From Daphnia carinata (taxonomy: Eukaryota): a stretch of DNA of 64,000 bases. The DNA is taken from assembly GCF_022539665.2 (NCBI RefSeq), contig NC_081331.1, forward strand, positions 7,254,001-7,318,000, given 5' to 3'. Below, piece after piece: positions 49,301 through 64,000 of this stretch. Within the stretch, counting starts at the first letter, position 1; each line of letters starts with the position of its first letter. The notes under the pieces were generated by a model. That model was not told the origin of the DNA. It saw only the letters and a list, made by a program, of their open reading frames with translations, and ran no database searches. The position numbers were made by a program, and so were the translations under genes.

Positions 49301-50943
49301 TCATCGATTGTGCGTGTGTAGCGGTGCGTGTACTACTTGTGTACCCCCTGTTTTTCCTTCGGCCAGCGTCTTCTAAAAAGAGAAAAAAAAAAAGGGCACG
49401 ACAAAAATAGGCTGCGACAAATGACTTCTTTGTGCGCCTGCCTGGAAGTAATGTCACGTTGGGACAGTGTAGTACACTACATGTAATACCTTCAAGCAAT
49501 GAGCACTCGCTTTAGTGACCCTTCTTCGATCAGATCCTTTTCTTTAGTAGTTCCTGCGTATCGGCCTTCTCTATTTGGAACATTCGGACGTAAATAAAAA
49601 AAAATAATAATAATTCAAAACGGAATAAATCAGAATCTCAGTCTAAATACAAAGAGTTGTGTCGGCCTGACCAAAACCTTCCTCTTTTTTTTTTTTTGGA
49701 GGCATCCAAAACACGTCAGTAGTTCTGAAAAAGCGGCCGGCCCCCTTTTTTTTTCTCCAATAGCGAATGCATAAACTTTAGAATCCTCAGACTTGCAAAG
49801 GAAAGAATAGATTTTCTTTTTTCTTTCCTTTTTGTTATTATTACGAAACGAAATGTCAACCGACAGTGTTTGCCATTGAAAATCCGGATAGATGAACAAG
49901 CGCACGTATATATTTACAAGATAAATGTCGATGCATAAACGCAGGAACACAGCGGTGCGCACTCCAAGGTACTTTTATATTTCGATGTATGGTTCCCATG
50001 GCACAGTTCGCGTATTTTTATTTTATTTTATTTTTTTTTAAATCTTTCTTTTTTGTTTATACATATTGTCCATCTAGATCAATACACACCGCGACGGGCA
50101 ACTGCTGCTAAAAATGAAAACGAGAGGGGGGAAAACATTTCTTTGACCAGTCCCTCCCCCCTTTTTTTTCTCGTTTTAGCCACGGCTCTTTAGCCGTTTA
50201 GTTGCGATACATTTGGAGAAAACACGGCACAAATAAAAAAAAAAAAAAAAAAGAACATTGAAATACGCACCGGACCCATTTAACAAATGAGGTCGTTTTT
50301 CTCCCTCCATTCTTTCTTTCGACAACAGATTCGCGGTAATATAGCCAAGTAGTGAGTATTTTTGGCGGTAGACGTAACGCCGTAAACGGCGAGTTAGCGG
50401 ACCAGGGGGGGGGGGGGGGGGGGTGAGGTGCTGCCAAAGTTTTTCACACGGTTTTATGTCCTAATCTGTTGCTTTTTTTTTTGTTGTGTGTCTCTCCAAC
50501 AATAAAAACGACGACGCTTCGTCCAGCCAAACCGTTTGTCATTTACTGTTATTTTTATTCAAGTTTTCTATTTTAAAAAACACGCATAAAGAAAAACTGC
50601 CAAACTGTTTAATAATTGCTAGGTATTTTAGCGATCATTACGCCAAGTTCTCGTGTTTTTTGTGTTTTTTGTGTTTTTTTTTTTGTTTCACTTTTCACTC
50701 TGAGAAAAAAAAACTCTGTACAAGGAACACGGTGCATTGTTTTGATAGTAACTGTTTAAAAATAAACGAACTGTTCTCTCACGTTTACCCTCAAGGCTCT
50801 GAGGTCCCTTTAATGCTGATCAAAAGTCACTTATATAGTCTTGTACTACAAACAACCCGCTACTTTTAATGGCCTTTCTTATTGCAAGGCTTACCTTTTG
50901 GGTTTGGCTGTGTAAACTTTCGCTTCGTAAAGGAAATGATTAT

Positions 50944-50975
<32 letters not shown>

Positions 50976-53900
50976 AGAAGAAAAAAAGGGGAAAACTATC
51001 GGCAAGCTGGCTGGTTTCTTCCGGATGTCGATAGAGATGTGGTGCGAAACCTCCCGCTGCGATCGTTGCTGATGTTCAATCTCACGCCACTCGGTGAACC
51101 TGAGGCGGACCAATCTACCTGGAATCGGTCATCATTATCACGAACGTATTACATTCCGGAATCGTATACAAGTCACCGTATGGAATGTGAAATTTATTGG
51201 AGGTTTCACCCGAAAAGGTCAGGGGAAAAAACGCGTCGCACCACACACACACACACACACACTCCGGATTTTTGTTTTGTTTTTTATTGCGAAATATACG
51301 GCGCAAAATGTCCTCAGTCCTCCCAGAGTCTGAGACGCTCTCCAAAAATTTCACACTTAAAAAAAAAAAAGAGATGGGAAAACAAAAAAAAGAAAACGAG
51401 ACATGAAAATCACAGGTTTTCTAACTTATTTTACTTCATATATTCATTTATTTTTATCTTTCTGCTGTTTTTTTTTTTTTAATTTATTCCACAGATTTCT
51501 ATACATTTCTACAAAAGATGGGAAAAAAAAAAAAAGAAAGTCATTCGACTGTCCTGACGTCAAGTTATAATTAACTTTGGGGCGTCAGAGGTTGCAGCAT
51601 CCTGTGGCCGGCGATGAGCCTGCGAAGCTCGAGAGGGGGGGGGGGAATAGGCGGACGAAGAGAATTACGCGTACACTTTGACTTGAAACGTATAACAGTA
51701 TACACACTGGCACTAACTAAAAAATATAGTACTTCGAGACGAACCCCCCCCCCCCCTTTTTTTTTTCTTTAAAAAAAAAATAAAAAAAGGGGTAGGTTGG
51801 TTGGTTGGTTCTTGGCTTCGTGATGGTTGTTGGCGGTCGCGGTTATACTCCCAGCAGTTCTGTATTCTCTTCTTTTTTTTCTTCTTCTTCTTTCTTCTTA
51901 GTTCCTGACCCCCACCATGCCTTCACGTACCTCCCCAAGAAGGAATGTGTTTTTTTTTTTTCTTCTTTTTTTTTTCCGCAAAGACTCCCGCGCAGCCTAA
52001 AAAGACTCTCACACACAGTCATGTGCCCTTATGTTGTTCTTTTTTTTTCCCCCCATTTTCGTTCCTCGGCCGCTTGTTTTATTTTGGTTCACCACAGATG
52101 TCCACAAAGATTGACTCCCTTAGTCCCTTCGCGCATACTGGAGGAGAAATTAAAAAAAGAAGTAGAAGTCACTGGAACATGAAGGAAAGAACGAAAGAGA
52201 CACAGACACATACACGAGAAAAGACGAGAGGGGGGAGGGGATGAAGAGCAAAAGACCAGCAAACCTTGTGGTTTTCCGTTATCCTCCACGAGGGGGGTTG
52301 GACGACATAAGAAATTGTCACGCGGACGCTCAGTTAAGGAATGTTTTTTTTTTTTTTCTTTTGTAGGGGGCCGTTTGGAACCAACTAAACGATGCATTGC
52401 GTTACCGCCGAATGTCTGCTTGCTTTTTACTTCCCCGTGTCTTTTCTTTTTTTTTTTTTTTGGAGGGGAAATAAAAAAACAGGGAGAAACGAGAAGTAAA
52501 TCAGACTGATAGTTGGAATACATTTTTTGTGTATGAGGTTTGGCTGCGTGCAACTGCGCACGCTTCGTCCATCACAAGCAAACTTGATTTCGTTCTTGTT
52601 GTCTGTGGCAGATCCGTAATGGCCGCGCAACGCGCTTCAAATTGAGGAAGGAAGTCCATCATTTAGTAGACGTGCGTTTATTTGACGGTCGCTTGTCTCT
52701 AGATGTAAAAAAAAAAAAATAAATAATAATCTAAATACACAGAGAGCAGTCAAACATTACGTATACACGATAGATACGGGTCCGCGAGGTGCCAGCACCT
52801 TACGTCAAACCGAAAAAACCAAAAATAATAATAACAAAAAAGAAACGTGGAGAAGAACATTTCTCAACCTGCGGGTCAATGAGAATAACCATTCCGTGAT
52901 AAGATGGAAGAAAGAGAGAGAGAGATGGACGACCGGAAAAGGATGGAACGAGATATAATAATCTATTTGCGAGCGAGTGAGGGAGACCGAAACAAACAAC
53001 GCACACAGAGTTACATATATATATATATATATACATACATCATACATACAACAACAAAAAATACAGATAGAAGGAGAGAGTGAGAGAGAAAGAGAGAGAA
53101 AAAAAACGGAAAGTGGGGGAGAGGTTTGTTACGACAACGTCATGTAGAAGTTTGGGAGTCAAAAAAAAAAAAAAAAAAAAAAGAAGGAGAATAAGAAGAA
53201 GAAGAAGAAAGACGGGAGGAGGACAACAAGAAAAAAAAAAAATAGATGGTTGCAGCACGGGACGAGACGCTGTCGACGCCCGTCTAGGAGAAGAAGGACG
53301 CTTCGCTTGGGCTCCATGTCAAAGGGTCATTATGCAGCACGTGGGAGCATTTCCGGTGGCAAAGCCCAACGCCTATATCTCTCGGCCCCTGTCCCGTCTA
53401 CCACGGCCCCCACTTTGGCTTCAGACCAGTCTTTTCTTTTTCCCGTTTCTTTTTTTTTTTTTTTTTTTTTTTTCTTTCCTAACATCCTCTTCTTCTTCTT
53501 CATCCTGCTTCGTCCTCCGGGAGGAAGAAGACGAAAAAAAAAGAAAAGGGAACGAGAGGAACAGAAAGAAAGACACACATAAAAAATCACGAAACCAACA
53601 GCTTTCCTCATCCGCTTCCCTACGTTTCAAATCCCAAATCTTCGTCCCCTTTTACATTCCGTCTCCAAGCGATTGTCTTTTTTTTTTTTTTTTTTTTTTA
53701 CTCTGCGTTTCTGTTGTTGGTGTTCAAGCAAAAAAAAAAAAACAAACAAAACGTCTTCTGATCTGGCTGCGGGAAAATGGGCCTACTTATTTTAATTGAA
53801 TGACGTCATGTCATTGAATCATCCGGTCTTTTGATTTAACGAGCTATAACAAGCCGGTACAGCTGGTAGCTCGGTAACCGTTACAAAGCTCACACACAAC

Positions 53901-56900
53901 GCGCCATTATGTCAATCTAATGACATTACAATTTAGGCCACACTGCGTTCGTATTTTATTCCCCCCCCCCCCTTCTCTATCGTCAAAAGGAACGAAGTCG
54001 ACAAACTCCTTTCGCTTCGATACTTTGCCGAATGCTACCGAAGTTACAATATACGCTTTTTAGGAATCAAATAATGATGTCCCATCTGCCATTCGTGTCA
54101 GACGCCATGTGAAACTTGTTAAGGTTCTTTCGATGACTCCACGCCTTTGAAAGGCGCAATGTCTGTGCACGGCCAACGCTCGCTCGATCTACGAGATTTG
54201 ATAGCGTGAAAACTCTCATTTGCCAAGGCAGAGTAAATAACTAGTTTACAGCCTAACTTGCGTTGTTTACTTCGTCCTGTATTTCTATTTTTAAACAAAA
54301 TTCATTTCGGTAGTTGATCAGTCCAAGAAACGATTTAATACGATCGTTGATCGTTTCCCTTCGGAATGATTGAAGCACAGTGAAATCCCATGTTCAAACG
54401 GGACTCTTGCTCCACGACTAACTGATAGAATAGCTCTATTTAATCATTCATTTTGTGTGTGATTGCTAGCCACGAGAGGACGAAGCGGTGTGCGTTCGGA
54501 TTCAAATCGCAATAACAAAGACCGTGGTAAAAGCATATTATTAAACAGTTCACGGATATAATATAAATACAGGAATGAATATTATCCGAGGAGAAACAGA
54601 GTCCGGCTGTTTTGCCCGTGTCCCTTTTTATTTTTCCCGTTCTACATCCTTCGGCCGTATTTTCTATTTTCGTAGATGCGCGGGGGTGTTGAAATGAGAG
54701 GGAGAATAAGGGGCGAACGGGGCCGAATAGAGAAAACCGGGACAAAAAAGGGAAGAAGCTTCTGAAATAGATATAGAGCTGACCGTGCTGGTCTCCATGC
54801 CCGTTTTCAAACCGAAAGAAAGTCAAAGAGGATGGAACGCTGTGTCAAGTTGAGTCCACGTCGACTGATGCCGTTTCGTTTCTTAGCGCACACGTGGACC
54901 CTCGGCAGCCCCATATAACTATTTTGTCCGCCTCTTTATTTCGACGTTCGAGTCACTTCCTACGCCCAGTCGTGCGCTGTTCAACTCCCGTTCACTTACA
55001 AAAGCCAGTCCAGCAAACGTCGCCCTCGCCCAAAGTCTTTTCATTTTATTATTATTATTTTTTTTTTTTAACGGATCTTGGCCGATGGCACTCGAAATAC
55101 TCGAGGAGGATTGAAATGTTATAGAGGCCCAATCTTGTTGAAACAGCAAAACGGGATGACAAACTGGAAATGTTGTGGAGACGAAGGAAATGCTGGGCGC
55201 GGATAATCCACAACAAGAAATGACCAGGCGATTTTGATTCTCGTTTCGACTGTCTCTTTTTTGGGCAAGATCCTGGTCATTGGTCGTGTTGAATAACTAC
55301 GTAACTCACCGTATATGGCAAAATCCTTTATATGTTTGTGAAAGAATTGAGGGAAAAAAAAAAAAAAAATGGACCCTACCTCAATTGGGACCTTGTATTC
55401 AAACCGGGCACTGGCAGTTTGGATACAACGTTAAACGTAAAGTTACACCAACTGCTTTTTAATTGAAAGAAAAAAAAAAAAAAAAAAAAAAAATAGGACG
55501 TCGGAGCATTTTCTCCACGTACCGTACTCACACACACACACACACACACAAAAAAGAAAATTATAAGAGAACCTTTTATCCCGTCCCTGATTGAAAAGAA
55601 CTTTGAAAATTTGTTTTTGAAAAGAAATCCATTTTTTTTTTCTTTCTCCATTGCCTTGCTTTTTTTCATTGAAATGTGTGTATCGGAACTCGTTCTTCCA
55701 TTCGGTCACACAAGAGTATCTTTATGTAGTTTTTTAAAAAAAAAAGTCACCCCCTCTCTGGCCTCTATTACCTTACTGTGTTTTCCTGCTATACCCTTCA
55801 ACAAAAAAATCGGCTCTTGTGTGTGTGTGTGTGTGTGTACTTAACAAAAAAAGGATAATGAAGTAAAAAAAAAATAAAAAAAAATATGTCTGGATACAAA
55901 GGGAAAAAGGCTGGATAGCGCATTGAAGAACAGATCGTCCATTTAATGCGGCTTTTTGTGTGTGTGACCACCGAAGAGTTTCAGAGACGTCCGTCAGTCA
56001 GGGAGATGGATAGCGAGAAAAAAAAAAATAATTTTTTTTTTTTTTTTTTTAAACCCATCAGATCTTGATCCCTTTTTTTTTTTTCAATCCCTCCCATCTA
56101 TTTTATAAAGAAAAAGAAAAAAAAAAATGCTATTATCGGTGTGGGGTTGCACCGTTGCTGTGTCGAGTTCTCCGATCAAATAGGGGGGGAATTTTGACGC
56201 AACTCTTTGCGTTGTAATAGGGGAAGAAAAAAAAATCAATTTTTTTTTTCTTCTTCTCTTCGAAGGTGATGGACAATAGAAACTCTTTTTTATTTTTTTT
56301 TTTACCTCCTTTCATCCCTTCTACCCAGTGAATGCGCGTGACTGTTTCCCAGGCCTTTTTTTTTTTATTTTTAAACATAAGAGATATTATATATCTTCAC
56401 TAGTACACTACCGTGCTATTTCGGAATCCGCGGAAGGGGAGTATGTGTACTGGATAAAAAAAAAAAAAAACAAAAAAAAAACGTGAGGGTAAAAAGAATA
56501 AAAAGAAAAGAAAAGGGTGCAGATCCGTTTTTGTTCGAAAGGTTCCCTTGATCGGCGTATAAACCAAAGAGTTTAGAAAACCTTTGGTGCATGTGCGTGT
56601 GACAAGGTAGGTCTACTGCCTGTGTGTTATTGTGCCGACATGAGCCTCTGAATTGAAGATGACCATAAGAGGACTCTCTATTTTTTTTTTTGGGGGGGGG
56701 GGGGGAGGGGGTTGTTAGGGGAAACTGGGGGTTCCCGAGGACTCCACCCCGGTATTTTGTTGTTGTTCGTTGCATTCTGACAGGCGAAGAATTCTTTCAG
56801 ACAACCCCCTTCTACACTGAATGTTCCGACATTTTCTTGTTGCGTCACACAAGTTTTTCTCCCAGGTTTTTTTTTTTTTCCAAAAATTTTTTTCCCCCCT

Positions 56901-59900
56901 TATTTCTTTTTTTTTTTTTTTCCGATCATCGAAAAAGGAGAAAGGATCGGATTATATCGAAACATTCCCAAATCCAAAAGTCCACCTGGTACACGTAGCC
57001 CTATTTTTTTTAGTTCAACAGATTCTCTATTCTTTCCTCTCTTTTTTTTTTTTTTTTCATTTCAAACTTCATTCATTCTTTTCTTCTTCTTATCTTTCAC
57101 TTTTTTTTTTCCCTCCAATCTTCCATATTTTTTTATTTTTTTTTCTCCAAACTATTATTTGAAAGTGTGTTGCGTCATGCAATCACAAAATAAAACGTAT
57201 ATACACAACACGCCCCGCCAAAGAGCGCCCCTCAATGGACGGGGATTTTAGATTATCTTTCGATTTCAGGTTGAGATCGAGTGTATTGCGACTGGAAAAA
57301 AAAAAAAAAAAAAAAAATCCCCATCGTGGCGGTGGTCATCTCGATAACGGCATTTGCTCTTTCTTCAGCTTTCCCTAACATTCCGCCTTTCTTTTCTTTT
57401 TTTTTTTTTTTCACCAACTTCTTAAGCGGCCATTTTTTATTCGACGCCTACGATTGTGTAGCGATTAGGATTTTTTTTTTTCTACATGGGTGTTACGTAT
57501 AGAGGCATGGAACGAAGGGCCGGAAGTGGCCAAAACTACTCTGTTAGAAACGCGTCAATTTAAAACTTTGTGGATGTTTTTCCCCGGCTAAAAATTGCAT
57601 GATTTAAAATCGAATAAAAAAACGTAGCGCTATCCCATTAAAGGGTAGTGTATCGGCATGTGTATTTCTAGCGGTGTACGTGGCAAAAGCAAAAGGAGAG
57701 GGAAAGAAACGCGGATGTTGGCGACCTGGAGATCGTGATTTACGGAAGCTCATTACAAGAATTGGAAGAGCGAACGGCCATGGCAGTTGGGTTGGTGCAA
57801 AGACGAGCGGACGAACGGAGGAAGGCGAGCATGAAGTCGAACCGACTTCTAAAGGGGAACAGCAAACCAGAGGAGCCCACTGACAATTTACGACCACCAA
57901 ATGGGCAGAAGACGCACACAAAAAAGCGATGACTTTTCGGCTAGTAGTTCATCCTCCCCTTTTCAGATTTTTTTTTTTTTTTTTTTTTTTTACAAGATTT
58001 TTGCTCAATTTCTTTTAAAAATCTTGGTTTGATAAGTTGCTCAAACAGTTGGGAAAGAAGATCATTATTTTGCTAATTGATTTATTCGCTCGACTATAAC
58101 ACACGTGGAGCCTAATTGGACGGGTTGTTGGCCGATGTTTTCATCTCGTTCCCAAAACTGAAATGTTGGCTATTTGGCGCTATAAATCTAACCGACTGAC
58201 AAATCGCTAGTTCGGCCACTAATTGAGAGATAACACGTCCCAATAAAAGCTTTAAAAAAAAAAAAATCTGACAGCACCACAGTTCCTGCACGTCCAGCAT
58301 GCGAAATTGCCCTGACGTGGCCATTGAAAACTGTTTGCCGATGTGTTCCAGTCATTTGTCTTCTATTGTTTGCCATGCTCCCCTTTCTCGGCCGATCATT
58401 CTTGCCATTTACATTAGACTATACAAAATACATAACAAAGAGCAGTTGTAAGAACTCTGTGTAAACTTAACTGACCGTACAACAATGCCAAACACACACC
58501 ACACCCATGTCAGAGCTTGACATTGATCATTGCAAATCGGAAACGGAGGTGAGACATTGCGGGGGAGTCAAGACCGATTGGCCGCGGTATTTATAAAAAA
58601 AAAAAAAAGACAAACGTTGGGTTGAGGAAGAGAAAAGAAAAAAGAAAAAGCTCCACCCCCTTACAAAAACTGTCGTTAAAGTTGGGTCATTTTTTATTGT
58701 CTGTTATACGCCGGACAATGTCCCACCTCCAAATGTCAGGGTTATGGCATGGTTGTCTCAATTTGCTTACTGTCCGACGTCATGTCGGACGCCCTTCGCT
58801 TTTTCATGCACCCGATTTCCCTCCCTCTCTCTCTCTTTCTCTCTCTCTCTGTCTCCCTCCCCCTTTTTGTACAAGTAACGACATACGCCATAATCGTTTC
58901 CACGTTCAACTGGTGAATTTTTTTTTTATCACTCCTCTTTTGTTTCTTTTTTTTTTCCTTATTTTCTTGTCAGATTTTTTTTTTTTTTTTACTTTCCGTT
59001 TCAAAAAAAAAAAAGTTTCAATAAAACATGAGGCCAGTGAATAAGAAAAAAAAAGAGGAAAAATTTAAAAAAAAAGAAGGGTTGAAATAAGAAGAATTCA
59101 TTGAGAAGATTTTGTGTGTGTGTGTGTGTTGTTGTGTTCATTATTGTTATCCAGCCGTCCGATTTCCCGTAACGTGTGCATTCAGTCTCCCTCAATTGCA
59201 TGAATGGGGGGGGGCTGCATGTGCAAGTAGGTCTACATTCGAGCCTTTATGTTAGCCTTTATATCAAAGGGTATCCAACGTATTTTTTTTCTTTCTTGGG
59301 AAGCAGTCGAAAGGGTAGGCCAAAACCAAATATACGTAACGAAACTCAATGAAAATAGCCCTTTTTTTTTTTTTGCCCTCGATATAGAGCGTCCCCTCAT
59401 CATCATCCACCGAAAAACTGAAACTTCTTCCAGCCGCCTCTATTTTTTTTTTTTTTTTTTTTTTTTTGCATTCTATTGAGGCCGAGGGACACGGTCCTGT
59501 TCTCCGTTCCCATCGACCGGTTGTTTTGTTGTCCGCTTTAATAGCTCAAAAAAAAAAAACAAAAAAAAAAGCTAGTTCTACTCGACATTATATTCCACTC
59601 TCGTTTTTTCATTTCTTCCCTTTTTTTTTTAAATCATCTCTTCACTCTCTTTGAATCCATTTGGCTTTGGGAGCCTGATCATTCGTCTGGACGTTTTGTT
59701 TTATTTAAATTACATTTTCCCTCTTTTTGAACGTCTGGCCCTTTTTTAAAGTTGTATATCTATTTCGTCACTCTATCGGACGTGAGAGATGACGGCTAGT
59801 CTGTTCTCAAGCTTTCGTTGCATTATGCAGCAGGGAAACAATAGGCAAAAAAAAAAAAGAATAAAAATGAAGAAAACATTGTCGACTTAAAAAGCGTTTC

Positions 59901-61225
59901 TCGGCCCGTATCGTCGCCACAAAGGCCATAGAAAAATCATTTTAAATTCTCTTAATTGAGCAACAAAAAAAAAAAAATAAAGAAAAGACACTGTGACGTC
60001 ATTGTCCTTGTTGGCCGTTTGCTTACCATTGAAATGTCGATAGTTTGAATTCACGGTCGAAGGGAGCGGTTTCGCCAGCGTCGACTGCGTCCAAATCGGC
60101 CATTATATCAAACATCCCGAGTCTTTTGCTCACTCCTTACTTTTTATTATGACAATTTCTTCTTCTTTTTTTTTTTTTCCTTTTATTTTATTATTTCAAC
60201 AGGAATCCATTAAAAGACGTAAAGTGGAGGTCATCTGCCTCATTTTTTTTTTTTTTTTTTTTTTTTACGGGTTTTTAGTTCTTTTGGCCTTTTAGAAAAA
60301 AAAAAAAAAAAAAAAAAGAAGTTTTGGTATATTTTGGGCGCCGGTGCTGGGGGGCTGTTTCTGGTGACGCCAGCGAACGTGAATATCCTATAGAAAACTC
60401 GAGGATAGAAGCGAATGGGAGGGGGAGTTGTGGTCGGCCTCCCGCGGAGGAGATGGTCATCCACTTGTCAGCCTTCTGTCTTATCCGCCTTCACTCCCCC
60501 GGTCTTCTCTAAAAGAGAGTGAGTGAGCAAGAGAGAGAGAGAGAGGCCATCCTGAGGACTTTAACCGCACAAAAACAAGGAGAGAAAGAGAAAAAAACAA
60601 AAAACAAAAAAAAAAACAAAGCCGTGAAATTTGAAACCCTCGTTCTAGACACCGGTTACGAAGACGGGCGGCGGGAGGGGTAGACGGACCAAAAGACACA
60701 AAAAGAAACAAATCTCCAGTCCTCTGATTTTTTTTTTTTATTATTTCAAAAATTACACGAAGAAAAAAAAAAGCTCTAAATAATTTTTAATCTGTGATCG
60801 AGCCGGAGGTTATTATTATTTATCTAATTTTTGCACCGGACGGCTTATCATCGTCATAGCTTTTTTGCTACAATGGTAGTTCAGTCTTGCAAGACTAATC
60901 GCTTTAAACAAAATGCCTACAACGGTAGAATTGAAAAAAAAAAAAAATAATAAATAAACAAAGAAAGAAATGGGCCCGGATGGTCGTGTATTGCTGCCGA
61001 TATCGAAGCCATCGACACCCCCCGAGTGTCGAGATCGATCAACTCAGCTCGTCGTGTTTTTTTTTTTTTTTTTTTTTTTTTCTTTACCCGTTTTTTCGGT
61101 GCGGGTGGCTCCGTGACTGCATTTCAATTGAAGAATTTTATTTTCTTCTTTTTTTGTTTCCGGAAGAGAAACGCCATTATTTATGCGCCAACCAATACAC
61201 ATTTTATTCATTTCTTTTGTTTGTT

Positions 61226-61261
<36 letters not shown>

Positions 61262-64000
61262 TTCTGCCTTTTCTTTTTCTTTCTCAGTTTCATTTGTCCC
61301 CTTTCGAAAAGAGGCGTATTAAAGAATAGCGTCACCAGCATTCTACATCATTTCTAATTAGATTTACGGGTGGGTTTATATTACGATCGCATCGAAACGC
61401 TGGAAATTAATTTTTTTTTTTTTCATATTAGTTTATTGGGGCTACATTATGTGCCGTTATGTTTTTGCCTGGTGTTATGCTCGGTTGTGTCACGGCATTT
61501 GGTTGGGCGAACACGCGTCAACGGCTGCGCCAGCAAATGGTCTCTTGCCTAATTATTTAGGCTTAGTATATTCATTTACGACTGCGATAGAAGTAGCCTG
61601 TCCGTAGCCATTATTTATTTTTTGTTTTGTTTTATATCCCAGCTTCTTAAGAGAACCGTTGATTTCCATGCCATCCGTCTTTTTTTTTTTTCTCTCTTCT
61701 TTTTTGGCCGATGGCCCGGCCTCAATCCCTCTGCTTTGTGGACTCGGCGCTCCTATTTCCACCATTCCCCTCCCTCCACCCATACTGCCATTTTTTCTAT
61801 ATTCAGCAGCACAACATGAAGAGTGGACCCCTCCAAGAAAAAAAAGAAGAAGGGAGATCCGAAAAGCAAAAACACACATATAGATGTTACACATTTACAT
61901 ATATATATAATATCCCAATCCATTACGCTAGTCTGTCCAGTAGCCAACTGTCTCCGGAAGGGCTCCATAATCCTCTTCTTGGACCCCCTCTATTTTTCTT
62001 ATTCTTATTATTATTTTTTTTTTTAGTCTCTCCATCTACACTGAGAGTGTATAGTCTAGTTCCATCCGCCCTTCTTTGGCCCATGTACATGCCTCCCTCA
62101 TTCTTTTCGCTCATTGCATGATGCAATAAAAGGAGTTCAAAAAAAAAAAAGAGAGAGAGAGTAAAAAAAAAAAAAAAAAAGACCCGTTTTGCTAAAGCTT
62201 TTAGCAATTGCGTAACCTAACCGTTGAATTGTCCAGGTGAATCGCTAGAGTCGAACAGATAATGTAGCGATGCCTGACTGAACAGAGAGGCTACAGCTCG
62301 TATTTGTTATTGCGGATCAGTATAGGGTGAAGTCGGCTGCAGAGCATCCCCAACACAGGCTATAATGCTTAAGCCATTCCAGTTTCTTCTTCTTTTTTTT
62401 TTTTTTTTTGCAAAGCATTCGATGGCCTCTCTGCGGAGGTCGAATGGTAGATCTATAACATATCCATGTGTTGGTCGAGTCGAACTCGGTCTCTCTCTCT
62501 TTCTATTTTTTTTTTTCTGGCTCTCTTGCTGTTTCTTTCTCTCTTTGGGGGGGGGTGGGGGGTTATGGAAGAATGCATCATACGCGGTCATCACTCATCG
62601 CTGGTCCCTACTGACACAAGGGTCACACACAGTACTAGTAACCGAGCCAGTCTCCCATAGAGGCGAAATGCAAGGCAATATTCATACAGCCAACACAAAA
62701 ACGAAAGAAGAAGAAGAAAAAAAAAAATCGAGGGATCCTCGTCTATTGTTTGCGGGAAGAAGGACGAAAAAAAAAAAAAAAAAAGAGAGAAACGACAACA
62801 ACAAAAAAAAAAAAAAAAATACATGATCGGGAAAAGAGAGCCTTATAGGAACTACGTGGTACAACATGATGGACAAAATGAAAAACGAAAAAAAAAAAAA
62901 AGGAAATATCGTTATTCAGGAAACCCCGGGGAAGAAAAATCCCAGTCACAATAACTATAAGCTTAACGTTTCCTTGACGGCCGAATCGGACGTCATTTTT
63001 GCGGCATGAAAAGGTTTGACGACGACGTCATTTGTATTTCCTATCATTCAGAGAACGAGGCGAATATTGATGCGTTACATCGTTTTTTTTTTTTTTTTTT
63101 TCAATTTTAGCTCATTCATTTGATTGTGAATATTTCTGTTATCTTAACGGCCGGGCTCGTCTGCCCAACTATGTGTGTGTGTGTCTTAAAAAAAAAAAAA
63201 AATAATAATTTTGTTTGCATTGTTGATTGTGATGGTTTATTGCTCGCACTTGCGCCGATGTACCGTACGATGACCACACTCTTGGTTGACATATTCCAGG
63301 AGGCAATACGGCACAGCTGCAGAGTGCCGCTAAACAACGGTACTCTTTTATTAATGGCTATATGGGTGTTTGTATGCGAGCGACTCAAAATGAGGGCTGC
63401 ACAATGCAGTAGCTAGTGCAACACCAGCTTTTCAGAGCACTAAAAGGTGCGTACATAATCTGAATGGGACTCTTGACTTTTCGGCTCGTCTTTCCACACC
63501 GCTATGATTCAGCCATGATGTCACTGTCCGTATGACGGGTCACACACAAATTATACTGCAGTCAGGCAGTGGTCTCCTCATTTTCTTCGTTATGTCATTC
63601 TTATTTTTGTTTGTTGTCATCTACCTATTGCTCCCCACCCCCCTCGTTCTCATCCTCACCCTTCTTTTACGTGTTGCTGTGTCCAGTTTTTGTGCGCAGT
63701 TTTACAGCGGGCTGTACACCACCCCCCACCCTTCACTATAGATGGGAAAAAGGAGAACTCGAGTTGAGGGAACTGGCGGTTCGCCCAGTTGCCCTCTACT
63801 TAATTTCTTGTTGTCTGTTGGTCGTGCAATTATATATAAAGAAGGGAGGACAAACATAATGTTGAGATAAGTGGAGCTGCAACAGCCGCTACGGCGGCCT
63901 CTCTCTCAGCTCATGGAGCATCATTTGCTGACGGGGAGGTCTTCATGACTGGAACACACCTGAAGTTAGACGATTGTTCAGAAAGGCAAAAGAAAAAAAA
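43000..64000. other. low-complexity non-coding region (long intron or intergenic)
   Basis: Dense A/T/G homopolymers and (CA)n, (GA)n, (TA)n microsatellites; ORFs are poly-K/F artefacts. Confidence 0.7.

Noticed and set aside
57674..57932. Purine-rich stretch as a possible exon
   Set aside because: No recognisable domain or convincing splice sites.
43000..64000. Many 60-240 aa ORFs (e.g. 53080-53799)
   Set aside because: Translations of homopolymer and microsatellite tracts (poly-K/F/R) with no domain signal.
1..64000. CRISPR arrays, rRNA or prokaryotic operons
   Set aside because: No regularly spaced repeats or rRNA motifs seen; the sequence is eukaryotic with spliceosomal introns.

Overview
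Eukaryotic genomic DNA, probably arthropod and Daphnia-like; this is inferred from short GT-AG introns, long A/T homopolymers and gene content. Bases 1-~25,300 are a co-oriented (+) nest of LTR retroelements. Element A is a nearly intact Ty3/Gypsy: gag, a -1 frameshift signal, pol, an accessory ORF with its own TATA box and polyA signal, a herpes-gB-like class III env, and a 3' LTR. It sits inside the 5' LTR of a decayed sister element B, which has the same layout, two accessory ORFs, two antisense tRNA-like segments and a solo LTR of A in its gag. B abuts an RT fragment of a third Gypsy, followed by further LTR relics and an endogenous virga/tobamo-like RNA-virus methyltransferase fragment. 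Bases 27,571-33,044 are a TIR transposon with an 8-bp TSD and a decayed KDZ/Zisupton-type transposase. Bases 35-42 kb hold host genes: TTC9C-like, a C1q-domain pseudogene, a PPxY single-pass membrane protein and RRP15. Bases ~43-64 kb are low-complexity non-coding DNA with no supportable genes. All homology calls are from motif recognition by eye; no searches were run.
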